DNA of 64,000 bases from contig OZ024741.1 in NCBI GenBank assembly GCA_964016885.1, positions 386,942,001 to 387,006,000 on the forward strand, read 5' to 3'. Origin of the DNA: Eledone cirrhosa. Taxonomy: Eukaryota. Made by a program: the position numbers and the translations under genes. The notes beneath the pieces were generated by a model that worked only from the letters and a program-made list of their open reading frames with translations, was not told the origin of the DNA and ran no database searches. Shown here one piece after another: positions 34,996-46,614 of the stretch (the stretch's first letter is position 1; each line of letters opens with the position of its first letter).

Positions 34996-35000
34996 AATAC

Positions 35001-35103
35001 CTCTCCAGCAAGTTCTTCCGCCATCTTTCTACCACCACACTTCTCGTCTTCCACCGGATGTTTGAGATTTTGGCCTCTTTCAAATATTTTATCAAAGACT
35101 TTT
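35001..35103 (-). CDS. Coding exon (103 nt): KVFDKIFERGQNLKHPVEDEKCGGRKMAEELAGE
   Basis: Acceptor tcctcctgtctttccag, donor gag|gtattg; phase 2 in, 0 out; no stop codon, so the gene continues. Confidence 0.8.
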
Positions 35104-38100
35104 CTGGAAAGACAGGAGGAGTATAGGGAGTTGAAAGAAATCAGAATCATTGATTATATAGTTATAGAAACTAGCAGAAAAACCACTCTTCGTAATTGAC
35201 AATATATAATACATAGAAATTGAACGAAGACTGCATTACACTGTCTTATTTAATCAGTAACGTAATCCATGATACATTCAAAAAGAAACTGCATTAGGAG
35301 AAAATTAGTGACAGAAAATTAGTATGTTTATTTAAGCGATGGCCAACCAGAAGTGTTAACATTTCAGAAATTTTAAAGAAGTGAATCTTTAAATAAATAA
35401 AATATATTTAATCAACAGTCACGAAATTTTGCCTTTCATCCTTACGGGGGTCGATAAAATAAAGTACCAGTAATGTACTGAGTAATTGCTGGCCTTGTGC
35501 CAAAAGTAGAAACAATTATTTATTCAAAGTAATCCAACTTATTTTACTAAGGGGATGAAAAATTATAAACCGTACGCAGTACAGTGCTCCTTACTTTATT
35601 ATAGTTTAGATTTTCATAGTCACGTACATTATTTAACAACTAAATACCTGGTAAGTGTAATCTAATACAGGGCTTAGATATTGATTTGAATAGACGAAAA
35701 ACCATCAGATGTGCAACCCAAACATATAATAATACATACAGAAATCGCAAACACAAGGTTCTAAAAAAACCTTCGCTAAGTACAAACCACTTCCTCCTTA
35801 CGGACAACTGACGCTGCACACCAGGTCTGAACACGGAAGAGCCGAGCTCCCACAGTCATCGCTTCCATCTCTCTTGCCCTGCCCATCTCTCTGTATGATG
35901 AGCAAATGGGGTCCCGTGTGCTGGCCACCCCATGGGCCCGGTGGACAGAATGGAGAAGGCGTTTCCCCGGAATATGGTAGTTAGCAATATCGGATTTTAG
36001 CTTTTTTACTGGTTTCAGTCATTGCACACTACATCTGACTCATCCTATAACTTGTGTTTCCTCTCACCTTATTTGTGCTCTAGTCTTTATACACCAGAGC
36101 CCCCACCCCCACCCACCCTATTTCCAGAGAGACATGGCTACATGCAAATTGTAAATAATATATGATAAATAAAATCGTTAATTTATATATAATATGTACA
36201 ATGTACAAATAAATATTATATATTTCTTATTTTACTATATTTATATATGTCATCATCATCACCATTTTATGTCCATTCTTCCACGATAACATAGGTTAGA
36301 TGGGTTGTCCTGTTGTGGGCAATACCAGGTAGGTGACCATGTCTTGCTCATACAGAACTGATTTTGGCTTGATTTCTACAGCTGGATGCCCTTCCTAACA
36401 CCAACCTCATTTGGGAGTACTGGGTGCTTTTTTTACTGTGGCGCTTACATAACCACCTTACAGTGTGGGCTGGGTGCTTTTTGTCATGACACCTACACAA
36501 CCACTTTACAGGGGGAGGGGGTGGGAGCATACTGTCTATATCCTTCAGCTTCGGCTTGTACCCGTGGGGAGTCGGGTCTTGCCTTTAAGAGGTGCAATTG
36601 GGCAATGACAGCTTTTAACACCTCATCCCAGGTCTTCTTGGGTCTCCCCACTCCGCGGCCTCCATCGACTTCTAGTGTTCTGCACCTGTTTATGCAGCTG
36701 TCACCCTTCATACGCATCACATGTCCATACCAATGCAACCTCCTCTCCTGCACACAGCATTTGATTCCTCTTATGCTCAGTTTCTCTCTCAATTTGTTTG
36801 TGCATGCAAGCTTCATTTCTAATCTACGCAAGTCTTCTACATACAACGCCCAGGTCTCACTACCATGTAACATTGCTATTTGTATGCACACATCATACAG
36901 TCTACCTTTCATTTTGAGGGAAAAGCCTTCCACAGCTAGCAGTGGTAGTAGCTCCCTCAACTATATATATATATATCATTTAATATTTAATATACTATTA
37001 TATCATCTCTCCCATCTCCCACTGTCCCCTTAAGTCATATCCCCGCCTTCTCAACACCCACAGGGGGGCGGTTGTCCACACTTTGAGAACCTCTGATATA
37101 CACTAATATTACGCATCATGTGGTACATGCCCCCCTCTTTTCATCACCACTACCACCATCACCATCATCATCATCTACATTGCTACAGCCGTCAACAGCG
37201 AGCAAACCACTCCAGAATCATCACCACCAATATCATCATCCCCAACCCCACCATCATTATCATCATCATCACCACCATCATCATCCTCATCAACACAGCC
37301 ACCACCACCACCACCACCATCATCATAACCCTCACTACCACCAGCACCATCATTATCACCAACACCACCATCATTATCATCACCATCACCACCATCATCA
37401 TCCTCATCAATACAGCCACCACCACCACCAGCATCATCATCACCCTCACTACCACTAGCACCATCATCCTTACCAACACTGCCACCACCATCATCATCAT
37501 TACCAACACTGCCACCACCACTATCATTATCATCACCATCACTACCATCATCATCACCACCAACAACTCCACCACCGCCATCTCTCCCAACAACTCCACC
37601 ACCATCAACATCATCATAACTACCACTATCATCCCCACCACCATCATCCTCACCACTACCACCACCATCATCATCATCCATGCCAATACTAATTTTTTTT
37701 TAAATAAAGACATTTAGCTCGCAGTAAAGAAAACCACAAATAACAATAAACAAACGTTGTGTGTGAAGCTGGAACATTTGAACTTATGGATTGCTGAGGT
37801 AATAAATTCATAAAAACATGTAGAAAGCTCAGACACAGAAAATAATGGCAATTACAGTCAGTTGCTGTAAAATTGCTTATAAAAATAGGCTAAAGACCTC
37901 TAGAGGCTAAAAACGATGTTGCCTGCAGCCGCTGCAAAGAATTGAACTCAGGAAAATATGGAGTTAGGGTTAGGATTGGGGTTATTTTTTCCATCTCTCA
38001 GGCTCTTTATCTGATTTTTATAAGCTTCTATATAGCAACACTGTGGAGGCACTTGGCCTAATGGGAAGTGTGTTGAATTTACAATCATAATGTTGTGGGT

Positions 38101-41100
38101 TTCATTCCTGGACTGGGTTGTGTGTTGTGTTCTGGAGCAATACACTTCATCTCACATTGCTCCATTATATTCAGCTGAAATTGAGTACCAGCAATAATTA
38201 GGGGCTTCACTATGTGATGAAGTGGCATTCTGTCCAGTGGGGAGTCTTGTACTCTCAGTCGCTTAATACCACAAAAACCAGGATAAGCACCGGCCTGATG
38301 AGCCTCGAGGCTCAAGACTGAAGACTTCTTTTTCTTTTTAGACTGTACTTGCAGTTATTTTCTGTCCTGGGCTTCCTACATCTTCTTGTAAACAAATAAC
38401 AATGATATAATTTCTACTTCAACAGTTTACCGTTTGTATTTCTGTAAAGCAATACGTTCATTGGCCATTTTTTCCAGATTTCCCATCACTTGTCCCTGTT
38501 GTTGTTCAATGGTTTGTGACAGATTTGTACACATATTCCTAAAAGCCAACCAGAAAGTTTATTAATATGAAGCCAGGGCCAGATTAAACCTTTTTGAGGC
38601 CCTAAGCACTTAAAGGATTATGATGCTCTCCATATATATACTCTGCAAAAAAAGTTATTTTTGGAATGACAACTATATTTAATTTGATATAAAGAGTGAT
38701 GTGTTCATGTGTGAAGATGCTATAAAACAGCTTATAAAATAGGGTGAAGACCCTTAAAGATGGAAAAGATGTTGCCTCATAGTGGCTGATGGCAACTTCT
38801 TTGCTCAAAAAACACAACACACAACCCAGTCCAGGAATCGAACCCATGACATTATAATCCTAAGCCCAACACCCTTACTGTTAGGCCATGCATCTCCACA
38901 GAATATAAAGGGATGTTATGAAATACTGGAAAGTATTTCCTCAGGCTCTCTATTGATTTTGTTAATGTATATTGCCCTTGGAATTAAAAACAGAATATCA
39001 ATAATTGCAACATACATTTTTAAGGCCATTTTTCTTACTAAAACAGGGGCTAACTTTGTGGGTCTCATCGTATACTTGATATTCATTATGGGGTCCTTTT
39101 TTTAAGGCAATGTTTTACAGCTGGATGCTATTCCTGGCACTAACACTTTTTGTCCCTTCTTGCAACGTGCAGGGATGCAGTGTAAACTATTCTAAATTGG
39201 AAACACACAAACAGGAATTTAAAAAATAAAAAGGAAGAATAATGAGGGGACAGAGAGCCTTGCCAGATGTATAAAGGCTAGCGATGTCATGGAGCCAAAG
39301 GTCCTTACCAGAAATAGAAGAGCCAGTGATGACAAGTGGTTAGAGGGCCTTGCCGGAAGCAAAAGGGCACTGTGACATCAGGAAGCAGGAAGTAACAGCA
39401 GAGTTGGGGGCTCTTTCTCTCTCACTGTAGTTGACGATTGTTTGGGGACCAGGTTGTGGTGTTTGCTCCTATGTAGGGGTCATGTGGCTATATTATCTAG
39501 CCAGAGGGAAGAGTCGGGCTGGGCACTTACAGACAATGGATATACTCCATTCTGGATAAAATTATCCAGTGAAACATCCCGTGAGGTAGGTAAGCTATGT
39601 TCCCATCTCTTGTACCACAAATAATAAAAAGGATCACAAACCTTTCCTCTGTATTTAAAATCTGTTTCTGTGTTTTACACTTGTTAAACCGTTCTGTGTT
39701 GCTTTTCTTCATTTTCTGTAACAAGTAGAATTGCTGATTAAATCTTTACATGAGCTAAAAGATATCATCATCATAATCATTTTATGGCCATTTTCTACAC
39801 AAGCATAGGACAGGTTGTCACATTCTGAAACTAGACAAGTCAAATTACCATGCTTTGCTCAATCTGGCATGTTTTTTACAGCTGGGGCCCTTCTTAATGC
39901 TAACCTCTTTACAGCATGTGCTGGGTGTGTACCAGCACTACCAAGTTACAGAGTGGACTGGATGCATTTTCTTGTGGCACTATCACTACCAATTTACAGA
40001 GTAGACTACATGCATTTTACTGTGACACCAGCACTGCCAATTTACAGAGAGGACTAGATGCATTTTAATCATTAAAAATCGATTATCTATTTCAAGCTGT
40101 TGAACTATGCAGTCATACACATAGAAACATATTTGTGTGGTGTGTATGTGTGTGTACATATGTCCTCAACTTGTGGGCAGTTCCTCAGACAGGAACCCAC
40201 CACATGTTGAGAGAAACTCCAAAGTAACCAGCTACTGAATCATCCATCATAAAGAACTACTTCTAATGTACTCCTTCTCAAATTTGCCAAAACCTATACA
40301 TACATATATATATATATATATAGCAGTAGGTCATTTAAAGGCTATGGCAATGCAAAATGAATGGTAGATTTCAGAATAAATTAAAGGCAACAAAGATGTT
40401 GGTGCATCACCTGTTATTTTATTTCCCTCTCCTAATATTTTGGATATAAAACTCTTCATCAGAAAACTATAAGAAATTGGGTTGGATTTCATGCTATTGT
40501 TGTCATTATCAGTTTTAACTGCTAGGACAGCAGTTAAAATACCTAAATGCTGTCAAAGACAGCAAGGGGGCAAACATGTGTCAGAGACCAGTGGCCAGTG
40601 GCCAACAGAGAGACACTCCACAAGGTGGGTGACAGGCAGATGAAATATAGAAAATATAGAAAAGGAGAAGTGATTGGAAGAAGGAAATAAAAAAAGGCAA
40701 CGTACAAGACAAGTTTACACACACACATCTGCACCCTCATCAGCTCTCAAACCAGCAAAATGTTTGCACACAATTTAATATATTATATATTATGTCTGTG
40801 TCTGTATTTATATCCCATAACTTAGCAGTTCAACAAAAAGAGATCAATAAAATAAGTACCCTGACCTTGAGGAAATTAAATACTGGAGCTGATTTAACTG
40901 TTTACATTCCCTTTAAGGTTGTTCCAGTATGGCTGCAGTCTAATGACTGAAACCAATAAAAAGGAATCGATCGATAAAATCCCGGACCTCATTTACTTAC
41001 TGTGTCAGGTGGAACTCCTCAAATTGGTTGCAGCTCATGGCAGGAAGAGCAACATGAAATAAAGTATCTTACTCAAGGACATAATGCATCACTCGGTCTG

Positions 41101-44100
41101 GGAAATGAACTCACAACGTCTCAATTGTGAATCCAATTCTCTAACCATTAAGCCACATGCCTTCATTATGATACTAAGTATGTATGAATGCGTGACTGCT
41201 GATGGAGTCGTAGGGATGCCATATTGACATACAGTGTTTCTTAGGACATTTTTAAACCAGGCAAATCCCATCTCCTCTCCAGGTCTGAACATAGCCTATT
41301 CATTTCAGAGAAGGATAGAGAGAGAGGCAGTAAGAAAGAGATATAGTGGAAGAATCAACCCCAGTATTGGACTGGTGCTTTTTTTATCGACCTTGAAAGG
41401 ATGAAAGGCAAAGTTGACCTCGGCGGGATTTGAACTCAGAGAACAGAAAGCCGGAACGAGTACCACAAAGCATCTATTTGTTCTAGCGTCTCTGGCAATT
41501 CATTGCCTCTATAATATTATATTATACCATAAACATGTTTTATACACAAAGAAGTTGTAGTTTAACTATATCGGACAGTCCAAACCTCGGGCTGAACCCA
41601 CATATCGTAACAACTAAATATATGTTATCTGTTTTACTGTTATCTCTCTTAACCTTTTAGCCTTTACATTACACTATATTTACTATTGTATTTTCATGGT
41701 AAACATTTTGTTTTACATAATTATCTCACATAGTATCGAATCTGATATTTTGATATTATTTATTTTAAGGGCGGTGAATTGGCAGTATCGGTAGAGGGAC
41801 GGACATGCTTTCCAGCATAGTTACGTCCCTTTACGATCTGAGTTCAAATCCTGCCGAGGTTAACTTTGCCTTTCATCCTTATGGGGTTGATAAAATAAAG
41901 TACCAGTAATGTACTGGGTAATTGCTGGCCTTGTGCCTAAAATAGAAACAATTATTTATTTTGAGAACAATACTTTAACATAGGTATGAGCAGCTGGTTA
42001 TGGCCGGTTTGAACAGAAAGAGGTGAAGGAATTCTGGCCGGATACAGCCGGTTTAACCCTTTAGCATTTAAACCGGTCATATCCGGCCAGAATTCTCTCA
42101 CCTCTTTCTGTTCAAACTGGCCATAACCAGCTGCTTATACTGACATTAAGGTATTTTTTCTCAAAATAGATAATATCAAAATCTTGTAGATTCGATATTA
42201 TGTGACATAGTTATATTTTTATTTACAAACAAAAGAATTTAAGGTTTTTATTAACTGGCAATTGTTTCTACTTGTGTTATGCTACCTAAAGCGAATCATT
42301 TTATTCAACAATTCGCAACTCTAAAACACAAACACTAAAACACAAACAACAATATATTTCTTTCCAACTAATATATTTTTGAGGTAAGTAAACATGAAAG
42401 AACAGCCGAACTCCCACTGTCATCGCCTCCATCTCTCTCACCCTCCCCATCTCTCCGTATGGTGAGCAAATGGGGTCCCACATGCTGGCCTCCCCACAGC
42501 CCTGGCAGACAGCATGAAAATACAATAGTAAATATAGAGTAATATAAATGCTAAAGGGTTACCAGACTACAGTTGGTAGTGTTGGACCTCCAACAGTTCT
42601 CACGACATGGGATTCAGTTGTTTGATCAATGGAGCTGACTGTAGAAACAAAAGAACCCAAAACAATAAACAAGGGATTAAACTTAACATACAGCAACATT
42701 TTCGGCAACCATGGTTTGTTTCTTCTGTGAAGCTCTCATAATGTCTGATTCTTGTTTCCTTTGTAGCATCTTCTTCATCAGTTCCTCCTCTTTGGTCAAG
42801 TCTTGCAGTTTTTCCTCCTACACAATAATCAAGGGAGATACTGTGACACAAGATACAAACACATACATACATACACATACAAATACAAACACACACATAC
42901 ACACACATACATACACAGGCATACACACACATACATACACAAACACATACACGCACACATACAAACACACACAAGCATGCAAACGCACACATACATACAT
43001 ACACACACATACACACACATACAAACACACACATAGATACACATACACATACAAACATACACATACACACACACGCACATACAAACACACACAAGCATGC
43101 AAACACACATACATACACACACACACAGATACATACACATACATACATACACACAAGTACAACTGTGGCTAAAATGACTCTTCCATTATGAAATTGCTTT
43201 AATTTCAACACAGTCTCAGATCAAGTCACTTACCTGGCAAGTATCACTCTGAAATATATAAATATTCTTATGTTTACCTGATGTCTTTTCTTCTGGTTTC
43301 GACTGCTTCTTATTTGGACCCTCTCCACCTCCTGCAAAAGAATAAAGCCTGTCACAATATGTTTAGGGTGTCAAATATGGTATAGCTGCTACAATATGGT
43401 CAGAGTGTGTGAAACAGAAGAGAAGTGAAGCGAGCATCCTCTGTTGAATGTGTTATGTTAATGTGCATGAATGACAGAGTACAGGGAAGGGAGAAGAATT
43501 GAATATAAGTGGAATCAGATGAAATGTGAAACACAGAAAACTTCTCTGGTATGGAGATGTAAGGCATATGGATAATGATCATTGTGTGAAAAAGTGCTGA
43601 GAGACCCCATTAAAAGGAAGCTGCAGTAGAGTAATATCTGGGCAGAAGGAGTTAGAGCTGATCTCAAAACTCTGAACCTCACAGTAGAGATGACAAAATT
43701 ATGCAATGAGTGGAGGGAGGCTGCACTGGCAAACAACAATCCAACCCATACAAGCATAAAAAAGCAGTTATAAAAGGAATACACCATCACAAAAATATAA
43801 TGCTGTCACTAGGTTGTCAAAGAATCACAAAAGGATTAGGATGTCAAATTGTTTCAGGTGTCACAAGATAATCAAGATGTCAAATTGATCCGAGATGTCT
43901 CAATACAATCAAGATATCAAATTGATCCAATGATCCAAGGTGTCACAACACAATCAAGATATCAAACTGATCCGAGGTGCCCCAACACAATCAAGATGTC
44001 AAATTGATCCAAGGTTCCACAATACAATCAAAATGTCAAACTGAGCCAAGGTGTCACAAGACAATCAAGATGTCAAACTGATCCAAGGTGTCACAATACA

Positions 44101-46575
44101 ATCAAGATGTCAAATTGATCCAAGGTGTCACAACACAATCAAGATGTCAAATTGATTCTGGTGTCACAAAACAATCAAGGTGTCAAATTGATTTAGGTGA
44201 CATAATATGGTCACAGTGTCACAATATAGTGTGTCAGGCTGTCACAATACTGTCGGACAGTTACAATATGGTTGGTGTGTTACAAAATGAATCAAGATAA
44301 CCCAAAAGAACCAGGGTGTCATCTCAAAGGGATCACGTTATCATACAATACTGAATGTGGTTTTAATTGGACAGGGAGAGTTGCATAACAAAGACAGAGC
44401 TGCTTCAACCTGCTAGAAATAACAGATAAATCTTCTTCAACTCATGTTCTACCATCTTAAAAACAGAAGGAAACAGCAGCAGTAGCCACTACAACAACTA
44501 CTAAAACAGAAGTAGTAATATCAGTAACAGTTACAACAACAATGACAACTACAACAGCTGTAACAACAACCTACACTAATAAACACTGCAACAACAACTA
44601 CAGCAGTTGTAACAACTACAACACCAACACCATTAACAACAGCATTAACAACTACAACACAGCATTAACAATTATAATAACAACAATAACATTAATCTCT
44701 ACAACAACAACTACAACAACAACAACCACTACAACAACAACCATTACAACAACAAGCACTACAACAACAACAACGACCACTACAACAACAACCACAACAA
44801 CCACTACAACAAGAACCACTACAACTACAACAACCACAACCACTACAACAACAACAACAACCACTACAACAACAACAACTACAACAACAACAACCACTAC
44901 AACAACAACCACTACAACAACAACAACCACTATAACAACAACCTCTGCAACAACAACAACCACAACAACAACAACCACTACAACAACAACCACTGCAACA
45001 ACAACCTGTGCAACAACAACAACCACAACAATAACAACCTCTGCAACAACAACAACAACCACTACAACAACAACAACTACAACAACCACTACAACAACAA
45101 CCTCTGCAACAACAACCACTACAACAACAACCTCTGCAACAACAACAACCACAACACCAACAACCACTACAACAACAACCACTACAACAACAACAACCAC
45201 TACAACAACAACAACTACAACAACCACTACAACAACAACCTCTGCAACAACAACAACCACAACACCAACAGCCACTACAACAACAACCACTACAACAACA
45301 ACAACCACTGCAACAACAACAACCACCACTACAACAACAACAACAACAACAACCACTACAACAACAACCACTACAACAACAACCACTACAACAACAACAA
45401 CCACTACAACAACAACCTCTGCAACAACAACAACCACCACTACAACATCAGCTGCACCAACCACTGACCTTCCTTATCAATTCCTCCAGTAGCTGGTCAC
45501 TCCTGTGCACCATGCAACCACTATCTGCATCTGTAGAACCATCTATGTCTTCAAATATTTTGCTTTCTTCTTCCCAAATCTCCTTCAAAACAAATTGATG
45601 GTTGATGATTAGTTAAAGAAATAACAGTCAAATATACTGAACCGGGGTTGCTGTGGTGTCAAAGACCTTTCCAACCCTGTCAAGCATGGAAAAGCAAATG
45701 TAAATCATCATCATTATCATCATCATTTTACGTCCACTTTTCCCTGCTTGCAAGGGTGGGACGGGAACTGATGCTGGCTTGATTTCTACAGCTGGATGCC
45801 CTTCCTAACACCAACCTCATTTACAGTGAGTGCTGGGTGCTTTTTTGCCGTCGCACCTCCACGACCACTTTACAGTGGAATGATAGGGACCCCAGTCCCT
45901 ATCATCTCATTTCTACAGCTGAGTAAACTGGAGCAATGTGAAATAAAGTGTCTTGCTCAAGGAAACAACACATCACCCGGCCTGAGAATTGAACTCACAA
46001 CCTTTCGATTGCAAGGCCAATGCTCTAACCACTAAGCCATGTGCCTCCATGATGATAATGATGATGATGATGATGAATATCATCATCATCATCAGAAACA
46101 ATTATGAGGATGGTGGTGGTGGTGATGATGTGATGATGAGGGTGATGATGGTGATGATGATGATGATGATAGTGATGGTGATGATGAAAGTGATGATGAT
46201 GAATGTCATCATCATCATCATCATCATCACTTTCATCATAACTTTCATCATCACCATCACCATCACCATCACCATCATCACCATCATCACTACCATCACC
46301 ATCACCATCATCATCACCATCATCACCATCATCACCATCACCCTCATCATCACATCATCATCACCACCACCATCTTCATAATTGTTTCTACATTTGGCAC
46401 AAGGCCAGCAATAACCCAGTGCATTACTGGTACTTTATTTTATCGACCCCGTAAGGATGAAAGGCAAAGTTAACCTTGGCGGGATTTGAACTCAGAAAGG
46501 CAAGGGCCGTAACTCTATACGTCAAAGCATGGCGTCCGATCCTCTACCAATACTGCCAATCCACCGCCCTCACCC

Positions 46576-46614
<39 letters not shown>

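Noticed and set aside
37118-37717. His-rich, Ile/Thr-rich, Asp/Gly-rich and Met/Val-rich ORFs
   Set aside because: Open in multiple frames only because of the (CAT/CAC)n composition.
37962-37985. GTTAGGGTTAGG telomere-like repeat
   Set aside because: Only about two units, expected by chance.
38292-38320. CTGATGAG followed by a hairpin as a second hammerhead
   Set aside because: No GAAA box or stem III; it is part of the SINE body.
42572-42585. GTTGGTAGTGTTGG, reverse complement of part of the 24-bp satellite unit
   Set aside because: A single 14-nt low-complexity match is not enough to claim a relationship.
44542-45492. Poly-Thr mucin-like ORF (316 aa) and its poly-Val antisense
   Set aside because: (ACA)n microsatellite lying in an intron of the minus-strand gene.
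45880-45905. Resemblance of TCCCTATCA to the bacterial tetO half-site
   Set aside because: Wrong half-site arrangement and embedded in a SINE; coincidental.
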